In this document: one piece after another, positions 38,693 to 48,061 of the stretch
Layout of the letters: each line of letters begins with the position of its first letter
Numbering within the stretch: the first letter of the stretch is position 1
Position numbers and translations under genes: made by a program
Assembly (NCBI GenBank): GCA_041576975.1
Contig: JBFGJY010000002.1
Coordinates: 32,187-96,186, forward strand
DNA from: Gammaproteobacteria bacterium
Lineage (GTDB): Bacteria; Pseudomonadota; Gammaproteobacteria; UBA4575
Direction: 5' to 3'
DNA length: 64,000 nucleotides
The notes under the pieces: generated by a model
Database searches by the model: none
The model's input: only the letters and a program-made list of their open reading frames with translations
Told to the model about the DNA's origin: nothing

Positions 38693-41422
38693 ATGCCTAA
38701 AAAAAATTCACCTCCACTCATTTTGGTCGATGGTTCTTCGTATTTATATCGAGCTTTCCATGTACGAAATTTACAAGAACTTGCTACTTCATCCGGACAA
38801 CCCACGGGTGTGGTATTTGGTGTCGTGAATATGCTCAAAAAGTTGCTCAGCGATGAGGCACCAAGTCATATCGCCGTAGTGTTTGATGCCAAAGGGAAGA
38901 CCTTTAGGCATGAGCTTTACAAAGAGTACAAGGCCAATCGCCCACCCATGCCAGATGAATTGCAGGCACAAATCGAGCCGTTACATAAAATCATTCGTGC
39001 CTTGGGGTTGCCACTTATATCAGAACCGGGAGTTGAGGCGGATGATGTAATCGGAACGTTGGCAAAACAAGCAGTTAAAAAAGGATATGAGGTGTTGGTA
39101 TCTACAAGCGATAAGGATATGGCGCAATTAGTCAATGATCACATTACTTTAGTCAATACCATGACCAATACAACTATGGATGAATCCGGGGTCAATAAGA
39201 AATTCGGCGTCGCACCTTATCAAATTATCGATTATTTAGCGTTGATGGGAGATAAATCAGACAACATCCCTGGAGTGCCTAGTGTAGGACCTAAGACCGC
39301 TGCAAAATGGTTAAATGAATACGGTTCATTAGATGGATTAGTTAAAAATGCAGATGCAATTAGAGGCAAGGTAGGTGAAAAGCTACGCGAGCACCTTGAA
39401 CAATTGCCTCTTGCCTCTGAGCTTACCACCATACGTTGTGATTTAAAACTTGATCACACCATCGATGATTTAAAAATTCTATCATCTGATCCACAGCAAT
39501 TAAAACAACTTTATACTGAGTTGGAATTTAAATCCTGGTTGAAAACACTTGATGTGGAAGAAGTCAAAGAGGAACAGAAAGAGTCTCTTGTAAGCACTAA
39601 TAAGATTGAAAAGAAAAGTAACTACGAAGCCATACTTACTAAAAAAGATTTTAATCGTTGGTTAAAACGGCTTCAGCAAACCGAGTTGGTAGCCTTTGAT
39701 ACCGAAACAGATAGTCTTGATTATATGCAGGCAAATGTTGTGGGGTTGTCATTTGCAGTCACACCAGGTGAAGCTGCGTATGTACCTTTTGCACATTGTT
39801 ATCCTGGTGCCCCAAAGCAATTAGATCGTGCTGAGATACTGGCGAAACTTGAACCAATATTGAATGCAAAACAGGCAAAGATTATTGGGCATAATTTAAA
39901 ATATGATCGCAGTGTCTTGTTAAATCACAATATTCACTTAGATGGCATACAGCATGACACCATGTTGCAATCCTATGTCTGCAACTCAGTAGCGAGTCGG
40001 CACGACCTTGATACCTTGTGTGAAAAATATTTGAACCATACCAATATACATTTTGAAGATGTTGCAGGTAAAGGCGCTAATCAAATTACCTTTGATCAAG
40101 TAGAGTTGGAAAAAGCCGTTGAATACGCTGCCGAAGACGCAGATATGGTGTTACGACTACACCAAATCTTTTGGGCTGAGTTAGAGCAAAAAGCCAAGCA
40201 AAAAGAATTATATTTAAGTATTGAGTTGCCAATGTTGAAAGTGCTTTCGAACATTGAACGCAATGGTGTATTGGTTGATGCCGAGCAATTAGGCAAACAA
40301 AGCAAGCAACTTAGTGAAAGAGTACGGGAGGTAGAAAAACAAGCATTTGAACTTGCCGGTGAGAGTTTTAATTTGGGTTCTCCCAAACAAATACAAGAAA
40401 TTTTATTTGAAAAACAAGGTTTACCAATAATCCGTAAAACACCAAAGGGCCAACCCTCAACCGCCGAAGATGTACTACAGGAATTAGCTGTAGATTACCC
40501 CCTGCCTAAATTGTTACTTGAACATCGCACGCTGAGTAAACTTAAATCAACCTATACGGATAAGCTGCCTACATTAATCAATACCAAAACCAAACGCATA
40601 CATACCTCCTATCATCAAGCGGTTGCTTCCACAGGGCGCTTGTCCTCTTCCGATCCAAATTTGCAAAATATTCCGATTCGCACAGATGAAGGTAGGCGTA
40701 TACGTCAGGCATTTGTTGCGCCAACAGGTTACCAAATACTAGCAGCAGATTATTCTCAAATTGAATTACGCATCATGGCGCACTTATCGCAAGATGAGAG
40801 ACTTTGTGATGCCTTTGCACAAGGTGAGGACATACATCGAGCCACGGCAGCAGAAGTCTTTGCTCTACAACTCGATAAAGTTGAAGCAGAGCAACGCCGT
40901 GCAGCAAAAGCTATAAACTTTGGTTTGATCTATGGCATGTCGGCATTTGGTTTGGCACGCCAGTTGGGGATCACACGTACCGAGGCACAACAGTATGTAA
41001 GTCTATACTTTGAACGCTATCCTGGTGTAAAAAAATATATGGATAGCATACGCGAACAAGCGCGCGCTCAAGGCTATGTCGAAACATTATTTGGTAGACG
41101 ACTTTATTTGCCAGATATTAATGATAAGAATGTACAACGTCGACAATATGCTGAGCGCACTGCGATTAATGCGCCCATGCAAGGTACTGCTGCCGATATT
41201 ATTAAACGCGCCATGATCCAAATAGATGATTGGATACAACCTGAACAACTGGATTGTAAAATGATTATGCAAGTCCATGATGAGCTAGTTTTTGAGGTGC
41301 GCAGTGACAGTGCCGATTTAATTAAGCAAGCGGTTATTCAACGCATGGTAGCCGCTGTAGAGTTGACTGTGCCATTGGTCGTCGATGCAGCGGTTGGCAG
41401 TAACTGGGATGAGGCTCATTAG
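38693..41422 (+). CDS. polA: DNA polymerase I
   Basis: 909 aa. 5'-3' exonuclease N-terminus, a 3'-5' exonuclease domain, Pol A motifs RRAAKAINFGLIYG and QVHDELVFE. Confidence 0.95.
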   Translation: MPKKNSPPLILVDGSSYLYRAFHVRNLQELATSSGQPTGVVFGVVNMLKKLLSDEAPSHIAVVFDAKGKTFRHELYKEYKANRPPMPDELQAQIEPLHKIIRALGLPLISEPGVEADDVIGTLAKQAVKKGYEVLVSTSDKDMAQLVNDHITLVNTMTNTTMDESGVNKKFGVAPYQIIDYLALMGDKSDNIPGVPSVGPKTAAKWLNEYGSLDGLVKNADAIRGKVGEKLREHLEQLPLASELTTIRCDLKLDHTIDDLKILSSDPQQLKQLYTELEFKSWLKTLDVEEVKEEQKESLVSTNKIEKKSNYEAILTKKDFNRWLKRLQQTELVAFDTETDSLDYMQANVVGLSFAVTPGEAAYVPFAHCYPGAPKQLDRAEILAKLEPILNAKQAKIIGHNLKYDRSVLLNHNIHLDGIQHDTMLQSYVCNSVASRHDLDTLCEKYLNHTNIHFEDVAGKGANQITFDQVELEKAVEYAAEDADMVLRLHQIFWAELEQKAKQKELYLSIELPMLKVLSNIERNGVLVDAEQLGKQSKQLSERVREVEKQAFELAGESFNLGSPKQIQEILFEKQGLPIIRKTPKGQPSTAEDVLQELAVDYPLPKLLLEHRTLSKLKSTYTDKLPTLINTKTKRIHTSYHQAVASTGRLSSSDPNLQNIPIRTDEGRRIRQAFVAPTGYQILAADYSQIELRIMAHLSQDERLCDAFAQGEDIHRATAAEVFALQLDKVEAEQRRAAKAINFGLIYGMSAFGLARQLGITRTEAQQYVSLYFERYPGVKKYMDSIREQARAQGYVETLFGRRLYLPDINDKNVQRRQYAERTAINAPMQGTAADIIKRAMIQIDDWIQPEQLDCKMIMQVHDELVFEVRSDSADLIKQAVIQRMVAAVELTVPLVVDAAVGSNWDEAH

Positions 41423-41498
41423 CACCTCTCCTAAATTGCATCTAGTGCGCTGATACTGTGTTGCTAACTTTTCTAAATGCTTATTTACTAACAAGTAA

Positions 41499-41612
41499 AC
41501 TTCCCTTCTCGGAAAGTCTGCGCCTGGTCTTATGTGCAGAATCTATTGTATATCGGTTTTGAGAAGCAAAAACCGGCGAGCGCACGATCTATTATTTCGA
41601 GATGTGTTCTAT
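41499..41612 (+). repeat. Dispersed intergenic repeat family 1, copy B
   Basis: cgcctggtcttatgtgcagaatctattgtatatcggttttgagaagcaaaaaccggcgagcgcacgatctattatttcgagatgtgttct matches copy A at 553-774. About 75 nt downstream of the polA stop. Confidence 0.6.
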
Positions 41613-41650
41613 TTCTCCCACTTATCTTTATAGTCAGGCCTTCTATCACG

Positions 41651-41732
41651 CCTCATGCGCATGAGGTAGTTGCATAAATATAATTGTTTATTGAGTTGGA
41701 ACATACAAGTTGGGCACATCTTGGACGTGCCC
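41651..41732. promoter_or_regulatory. Two inverted repeats upstream of a secreted-protein gene (candidate operator sites)
   Basis: Perfect 16-bp palindrome CCTCATGCGCATGAGG at 41651-41666, plus GGGCAC-N9-GTGCCC at 41712-41732. An AAGGGA ribosome-binding site and the ATG (41751) follow. Confidence 0.35.
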
Positions 41733-41750
41733 ACGATTTAAGGGATTAAA

Positions 41751-42119
41751 ATGATAAGGAATATCATTAAAGCGGTTCTGTTTTTTGCTGTTGTAGTTTC
41801 TGCGAGCTCAGTTGCACATGTAGCCACAGCATTGGATTTAAGCCTAGAAAACAATTCATCTGACGACCCCTATCACCCATTTGCATGGACACCAGAGACG
41901 GTGCAACAGCCAAGCCGTCAAAATTCTAGATCCATGATAATGCAGCGTAGTAAAGGAAATTCACAAATGTCAGATACCGCACAAAAAAAGTTCTCGCTAA
42001 AAGTATTCCAGGGCGACGGACTAGATGATTTACGTCGAAACCCAGATATCCACAATATGGTTATTTTGCCGGAAGAAGACACGGAAGCTTATGGGATATG
42101 GCTAAAACAGAGATTCTAA
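41751..42119 (+). CDS. Hypothetical secreted protein (122 aa, N-terminal signal peptide)
   Basis: Signal peptide MIRNIIKAVLFFAVVVSASSVAHVA. No recognisable domain. Confidence 0.5.
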   Translation: MIRNIIKAVLFFAVVVSASSVAHVATALDLSLENNSSDDPYHPFAWTPETVQQPSRQNSRSMIMQRSKGNSQMSDTAQKKFSLKVFQGDGLDDLRRNPDIHNMVILPEEDTEAYGIWLKQRF

Positions 42120-42165
42120 GCCTGCATAAAGTTAATTCATTTGAGCGAACTTTCAGGCTTTTTGG
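42119..42165 (+). terminator. Rho-independent terminator of the secreted-protein gene
   Basis: Nested stem agcctg/caggct enclosing aaagtt/aacttt, followed by ttttt. Confidence 0.55.
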
Positions 42166-42290
42166 TCATCTAATTATTAGCGCAACAGCGCTACCCGCTT
42201 CCCTCCCTTAGCGGGCATTTTTAGACTCGGGCTCCCCAACCGAGTCATTCTTAGCCCCGGTTTTTCCCATTTAACCGGGGCGCTTTTTTT
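42166..42290 (+). ncRNA. Candidate small RNA in the polA-engB spacer: three tandem GC-rich hairpins ending in a strong intrinsic terminator
   Basis: Hairpins cccgct/agcggg (+TTTTT), gactcgg/ccgagtc and ccccggtt/aaccgggg (+TTTTTTT). They are terminator-like only on the + strand. Confidence 0.3.
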
Positions 42291-42298
42291 GAACGCAA

Positions 42299-42913
42299 TC
42301 AATCATTCTCAATTAACGCTTCGGTTAGCCATGCAGATATCTTTTCTTGCGCCTGGGCAATACCAATTTGTTTGGTGCCTGAGAATACTTGGACACCACA
42401 ATTGAAGCCCTGTTGCTCTAAACTCGATGTCACTTTAGTTAGAGTCTTCACCATATTGTTTCTATTTACTTTATCGACCTTGGTTAACAAGATATAGAGG
42501 GGCAGCTGATAATGTTCACTCCAGCGAATCATCGTCCAGTCAATTTCTGTGAGTGGATGCCGAATATCCATTAATAAAATCAAACCACATAATGCATGGC
42601 GATGAATCAAATATGTTTCCATTAAGCTCTGCCATTGTTGCTGCACTTTGGCAGGGGCTTTGGCATAGCCATAGCCAGGCAAATCTACGAGGCGAGAGTC
42701 GCCATCAAGCTTAAAAAAATTAATCATCTGTGTGCGTCCTGGTGCCTTGCTGGTGCGCGCGAGATTTTTTTGTCGGCAAAGTGCGTTGATCGCACTTGAT
42801 TTGCCTGAATTTGAACGACCGCAAAAAGCTACTTCAGCACCACTGTCTGTAGGGAAGTCGATTACGGATGCGGCACTTTTTAAAAATCGCGCCTGTGAGA
42901 GTGAGATTTTCAT
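42299..42913 (-). CDS. engB: Ribosome biogenesis GTPase EngB/YihA
   Basis: 204 aa. G1 GRSNSGKSSAIN and a G3 DLPGYG motif. Confidence 0.9.
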   Translation of the reverse strand: MKISLSQARFLKSAASVIDFPTDSGAEVAFCGRSNSGKSSAINALCRQKNLARTSKAPGRTQMINFFKLDGDSRLVDLPGYGYAKAPAKVQQQWQSLMETYLIHRHALCGLILLMDIRHPLTEIDWTMIRWSEHYQLPLYILLTKVDKVNRNNMVKTLTKVTSSLEQQGFNCGVQVFSGTKQIGIAQAQEKISAWLTEALIEND

Positions 42914-43149
42914 TGAATAAATTGCAATTCACAGTAGGTAGATATTGCTGTAATAAAGTAGGTATTAATATATAAGCCTATACGCATTGATCAAACAATA
43001 CTCGCGATTATTATTTTATAGGCATGATCTTTTGCGACGGCATGGGCTTTGTGGTATACAAACAGCCCCTTTTGCTAGGCCATCACCGTATCGAAGCTAG
43101 GCTTTAATTATGTCGTATAAAACCTATTTTGTTGTAAGGAATTAGACGT

Positions 43150-43779
43150 ATGCTGAAACTGTGTAGTTGGTTAGTCGTTAGCTGTTTGTTAATTACTTGT
43201 GCTTACGCAGGCGGTGATCCGGAAGCTGGCAAACAGATATCTACTCCATGTGCGGCATGTCATGGTGCTGATGGAAACAGTGTTAATCCCGCCTGGCCAA
43301 AATTGGCAGGTCAGGGTGAGAAATATCTCGTCAATCAGCTGCAGTTGTTTAAAGAAAAAATTCGAGTAAATACACTGATGAACCCACAAGCGGTAAACTT
43401 ATCTGAGCAAGAAATGCAAGACTTGGCGGCATTTTATGCTAGCCAATCTCCTAGTATGGGTACTGCCGATCCTGAAAAAGAGTTTCAAGGCGAACAGTTA
43501 TATGTCATTGGGGAAAAAATTTATCGTGGCGGGAATTCTGCAACCGGTGTACCTGCCTGCATGTCTTGCCATGCTCCCAATGGTGTCGGTAATTCGGCAG
43601 CTAAATTTCCGCGTCTTGCAGGTCAGCATGCGATATATGTTGCAGCACAGTTGAGGGCATATCGCAGTGGAGCTAGATATCAAACCGATGATAATTTGAA
43701 CATGATGAAAGATATCGCAAGCTATATGACAGAGACTGAAATAGACGCTGTTGCGGAGTATATCGCTGGACTACATTAG
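43150..43779 (+). CDS. Cytochrome c4 (dihaem)
   Basis: 209 aa. Signal peptide and two CxxCH motifs (CAACHG, CMSCHA). Next to engB as in Pseudomonas. Confidence 0.85.
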   Translation: MLKLCSWLVVSCLLITCAYAGGDPEAGKQISTPCAACHGADGNSVNPAWPKLAGQGEKYLVNQLQLFKEKIRVNTLMNPQAVNLSEQEMQDLAAFYASQSPSMGTADPEKEFQGEQLYVIGEKIYRGGNSATGVPACMSCHAPNGVGNSAAKFPRLAGQHAIYVAAQLRAYRSGARYQTDDNLNMMKDIASYMTETEIDAVAEYIAGLH

Positions 43780-43888
43780 AATCAGAGCAATTTAGCCTGA
43801 TAAACGGCATCAGCACTTGATACACCTGGCAGAACCATAGATACCATCTCGGGTCTAATAATCCATCACAAAACTTCGTGCTTTAAAA

Positions 43889-44620
43889 ATGACAACTCAA
43901 AACCCAATTCGTGTTTTCACCATTTTAATATTTGCTTTGGCAGTTTCTGTCTATCTGGTTACAACCCGAGCTTATGGGGGTGAACATGATCACTCGCATG
44001 CAGGAGGTCATGACTCCACGATCGAATTTCAAGAGGGGCAGCACTATTACAGAATTTCACCAGCCGTGCCAACCGATGTTAAATCAGGCGATGTTGAAGT
44101 TTTGGAACTATTTTGGTACGGATGTCCGCATTGTTATGAGTTTGAGAAGTACTTAAAAAGCTGGGAACAAGAAAAACCAGCATATATCGAGTTTGCACGT
44201 ATGCCAGCAGTTTTGAATCGCGGTTGGATTCCACATGCCCGCGCCTACTATGCTTTAGAAACCATGGGAGAGCTTGAGAGGATACATCCAATATTCTTTG
44301 AGGGCATTCATGAGCAAGGTAGACGGCTTCGGGATATGGACTCTATGGCGCGCTTTTTAACTCAATACGGAATTGATGCCGATCAGTTTAAGAAAGCATA
44401 TGATTCATTTTATGTAGAGACAAAAATAAAACGCTCTAATCAATTAATACGTCAATATGGCTCAAGTTCAGTGCCTACTGTGATCATAAATGGTAAATTT
44501 CGAAGCACGGCACGTGATGCCGGTAGCTATGACCGATTATTGCAACTGGTGAATCAGTTAGCTCAACAAGAAGCTAATCTAATTGCACAGCCTGTTAGCG
44601 TAGAAGAAAAAACTAATTAG
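43889..44620 (+). CDS. dsbA: Thiol:disulfide interchange protein DsbA
   Basis: 243 aa. Signal peptide and the CPHC active site (WYGCPHCYEFE). Confidence 0.85.
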   Translation: MTTQNPIRVFTILIFALAVSVYLVTTRAYGGEHDHSHAGGHDSTIEFQEGQHYYRISPAVPTDVKSGDVEVLELFWYGCPHCYEFEKYLKSWEQEKPAYIEFARMPAVLNRGWIPHARAYYALETMGELERIHPIFFEGIHEQGRRLRDMDSMARFLTQYGIDADQFKKAYDSFYVETKIKRSNQLIRQYGSSSVPTVIINGKFRSTARDAGSYDRLLQLVNQLAQQEANLIAQPVSVEEKTN

Positions 44621-44939
44621 TTTTTTTTACTTGTAGAATTTTTGTTGCGGCTCGAATTTCTCTCATGAAATTCATTTAAGATTTGATCAACATTGACACG
44701 ATCAGTCTTTCTTGATCGCGTCTGTGATTGACGTTTTCTTAGATCTTCAAAAATTTTTCTCACAGCAAGCTTGACTTCCGTGTCCACTTTTCCCTCTTAC
44801 ATCCATGTTTTAGGGCATGTGTATCATAGGCGACATAAAATGACCCCTATGAGCAATCGCGATTAGCGGTTAGGAAAGAGGGACAAGCGGAGGCCGAGTT
44901 ATTGTTAAACTTGATGAACCTCAAAGATTAAATTAGCTA

Positions 44940-45449
44940 TCAGTATAAGCGTCCACCCCCAACTATACGAGTTTTCCAAAATGGATCGCTTAATTTATTG
45001 GTAGACACTTTTCTACCAGTATTCGGCGCATGCACGAATTGACCTTTGCCAATATATATACCTACATGAGAAATTTTTTTGTTGCCGAGGTTAAAGAACA
45101 CCACATCACCAGACTCAAGTTGAACGAGCCTAATAGGCCGTGCGATGCTGTATTGTTGATGTGAAGTGCGCGGAGTATGTATCCCTAGTTTTCCATGGGT
45201 GTAATACACCAAGCCACTACAATCAAAGCCTTTTGGTGAAGCACCACCATAAAGATAAGGGTTACCGACCTGCGATTTTGCAAGGTTTGCAATTTTTTTG
45301 CCTATATTTAAATGTTTATTGTCGAGGTTTTGTGCTGCAATACCTTTAACACTGGGTTGAGTGATAGTTTGTTGGCGTGTCTGAGAACATGCAGATAATA
45401 GTAATAGACCACAGCTGCAGACAATTAGAAATAGAATATCCTTATTCAT
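44940..45449 (-). CDS. NlpC/P60 (C40) family peptidoglycan endopeptidase lipoprotein
   Basis: 169 aa. Lipobox LLSAC, catalytic Cys in FDCSGLV and a His in the C-terminal region. Confidence 0.8.
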   Translation of the reverse strand: MNKDILFLIVCSCGLLLLSACSQTRQQTITQPSVKGIAAQNLDNKHLNIGKKIANLAKSQVGNPYLYGGASPKGFDCSGLVYYTHGKLGIHTPRTSHQQYSIARPIRLVQLESGDVVFFNLGNKKISHVGIYIGKGQFVHAPNTGRKVSTNKLSDPFWKTRIVGGGRLY

Positions 45450-45540
45450 AGCCTATATAGCTTTATCGTCAAAAGTTGATTGCGCTATATCAACTATAGT
45501 TGAAAGCATGACAGTAGGTCATGTATTACATACTGAATGC

Positions 45541-47370
45541 TTACAGATTATAGATGATTGGCAATAGCCATGAATAAGTTAACCACATAATAATAGTAAG
45601 CGGTGTTCCTACCTTCACAAAATCAATAAATTTATAACCTCCGGCATTCATAACTAATAGATTTGTTTTGTACGCCATCGGCGTTATGTAACTCATGTTT
45701 GCGCCGAATAACACAGCCAATATAAAAGGTGCAGCAGGTTGCGCCAATTGTTCGGCGATACTTACTGCAACTGGTGTTCCAATTACGGCGGCCGCATTAT
45801 TAGAAACCACATTAGTAAGTAAAGCCATCAACAACATTAAGCCACTTAATATGATAGGTGCATTGGCACCCGCGGTGAGATAAACAAATATACTAGCTAA
45901 GTATTCTGTACCACCGGTTATAACTAATGCCGAACCTATTGCAAGGCTCGCGACAACAATCAATATAATTGGTGCACTTAAAGCTTGAGTGGCATCGCGC
46001 CAATTTAAGCAATTACTGATAACCATTAACAGCACTCCGCAAACTGCACTAATCGCGATGGGTAAAATCCCTAAAGCCGCAATCAATACAATACCAATCA
46101 TGATCCACAGTGCTAGCGGTGCTTTAGACGTGTGTGGTAAGTCTTCTGTGGAATCTAATACTAATAATTCACCACCCCTTTTTAGTTCCGCGATAATGGT
46201 AGATTTGCCCTGTACTAAAATAATATCACCCGCACGTAGTCGAAGATCGCGTATCTCTGAATACAAATTTTCAATAGTTTTACCAGCGCGATGTAACGCA
46301 AGTGGAATTAAATGATAACGATCGTCGAACCGCGAACGTGAAAGAGATATATTTTCTATAGGTGAGCCTTGCGAAACAACAATTTCTGCGAGTTGCTGTT
46401 GTGACGTCGAGCGTAAATCTTGTTCACTGATTGGCTCATTGTTTGAATACAACGTAGCTTCTAAAACTTCTTCAAATTCTTTTAAGGATTTAGGAGTATC
46501 ACGAACAAATAATCGATCCCCAGCCCTGATTTCAACATCTGGTAACAATGATAAATAGGTATCTTCGCCTCGCTGAATGCGCTCTACTTTCATTGCTCCA
46601 CTGGTTGATTTAAGGAGTTCAGCAAGCGTTTTTCCAACAGAACGACTCTCCTCAGAAATGTATAACTGCGCTAGAAATAGTCGAGGCGAGGTATCCGCTA
46701 ATGGTGTTTCCCGTTCGGTAACTATACGTGGCGCGATCAGCCACAAATAGGTAATACCTACTATAGATGCAATACTTGCTGGCAATAAAAAGTCAAACAT
46801 TGAAAATTTTTGCACACCCAGATCTGCTGCCACAGACACTACCAATAAATTTGTGGAGGTGCCTATGGTCGTACACATGCCTCCAACTAAAGTTGCAAAT
46901 CCCATAGGCATAAGAACACCTGCGGGAGACCGATTGGTGCGCAGCGATACGCTAATTAAAATAGGTAACAGTAATACCACCACTGGGGTGTTATTAATAA
47001 ATGCACTAAGCGCTGCGCCTATAAGTAATGTAAATAATAGCGATATCAGTGGGCTAATGCGCCACAGCTTTGCTAACGAGCGACCAATGGGTTCTAGTGC
47101 CCCAGTACGCACAAGGCCTTGACCGGCAATCATTAACGCACAGACTGCGATTAATGCCTCGTGTCCAAAACCGGAAAAAAGTTCGATTGAATGTAATACA
47201 CGCCCATCGTAGTGATAAGGAAATAACTCAAAGCCAATTGTTAGTGCCGCAATAACAAATAAGCTAGATGTCTCTAAAGGGATACGCTCACGTGTAAAGA
47301 GAATTAAGGCAAGAATAGTAAGTATTAATATTGCTATTGCATGCTGGTCTGGCGCAGAGGGGAAAACCAT
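45541..47370 (-). CDS. SLC13/DASS-family permease with two central TrkA-C domains
   Basis: 609 aa. N- and C-terminal CitMHS/DASS-type TM bundles flank two RCK_C-like soluble domains. Confidence 0.75.
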   Translation of the reverse strand: MVFPSAPDQHAIAILILTILALILFTRERIPLETSSLFVIAALTIGFELFPYHYDGRVLHSIELFSGFGHEALIAVCALMIAGQGLVRTGALEPIGRSLAKLWRISPLISLLFTLLIGAALSAFINNTPVVVLLLPILISVSLRTNRSPAGVLMPMGFATLVGGMCTTIGTSTNLLVVSVAADLGVQKFSMFDFLLPASIASIVGITYLWLIAPRIVTERETPLADTSPRLFLAQLYISEESRSVGKTLAELLKSTSGAMKVERIQRGEDTYLSLLPDVEIRAGDRLFVRDTPKSLKEFEEVLEATLYSNNEPISEQDLRSTSQQQLAEIVVSQGSPIENISLSRSRFDDRYHLIPLALHRAGKTIENLYSEIRDLRLRAGDIILVQGKSTIIAELKRGGELLVLDSTEDLPHTSKAPLALWIMIGIVLIAALGILPIAISAVCGVLLMVISNCLNWRDATQALSAPIILIVVASLAIGSALVITGGTEYLASIFVYLTAGANAPIILSGLMLLMALLTNVVSNNAAAVIGTPVAVSIAEQLAQPAAPFILAVLFGANMSYITPMAYKTNLLVMNAGGYKFIDFVKVGTPLTIIMWLTYSWLLPIIYNL

Positions 47371-47527
47371 ACTTAATTGCTTATCCCTAGATTATGAAAA
47401 TCAATATTAAATCGTTTCACCAGAAAAGCTCTTAGACCACTACGTACGGGCTATTTGGTTTTGTATCGATCATTCACTATAATTCGCTGCGCGCATAAAG
47501 TTAAGTGAACAGGATATAGGAGTTTGT

Positions 47528-48028
47528 GTGAAGGACAATCAGTTTGCAACGCAATTGATGATCATAATTGGAATATTGGTGGGGCTTACAGTATTTATTT
47601 TAGCCCTTGCCAATGTACTCATTTCTGATGAGGATTTTTCTGAAGATACAGTAATTCAAGGAAACATAGAGGACCGTGTCAAACCAGTTGGTAATGTGAA
47701 TATAGCTGGCAGTACTACTGTCGCTGCTAAGACTGCAGAATCTTCGCCAATTGAGGCCGGTGATTCCACACAAGCTGCGGCGGACTCAGGTCTCTCCGCT
47801 GAGAAGATTTACGAAGCCTGTAGCGCATGTCATGCCAGCGGTGTACTGAATGCTCCGAAGTTTGCTGATAAGGCAAGTTGGGAGCCCCGTATTGCAAAAG
47901 GTGTTGAACAACTCTATGCAAGTGCCATTAATGGAATTGGTACGATGCCCCCAAAAGGTGGTCGAGTTGATTATTCAGATGATGACATCAAAAAAGCAGT
48001 TGATTACATGTTGGAGGCCGTCCAATAA
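47528..48028 (+). CDS. Cytochrome c5-type monohaem cytochrome
   Basis: 166 aa. N-terminal TM anchor and the CSACH haem-binding motif. GTG start after an AGGAG ribosome-binding site. Confidence 0.75.
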   Translation: MKDNQFATQLMIIIGILVGLTVFILALANVLISDEDFSEDTVIQGNIEDRVKPVGNVNIAGSTTVAAKTAESSPIEAGDSTQAAADSGLSAEKIYEACSACHASGVLNAPKFADKASWEPRIAKGVEQLYASAINGIGTMPPKGGRVDYSDDDIKKAVDYMLEAVQ

Positions 48029-48061
48029 ATAATCTTATCTTAAACTCATTAAGTTGATTCC

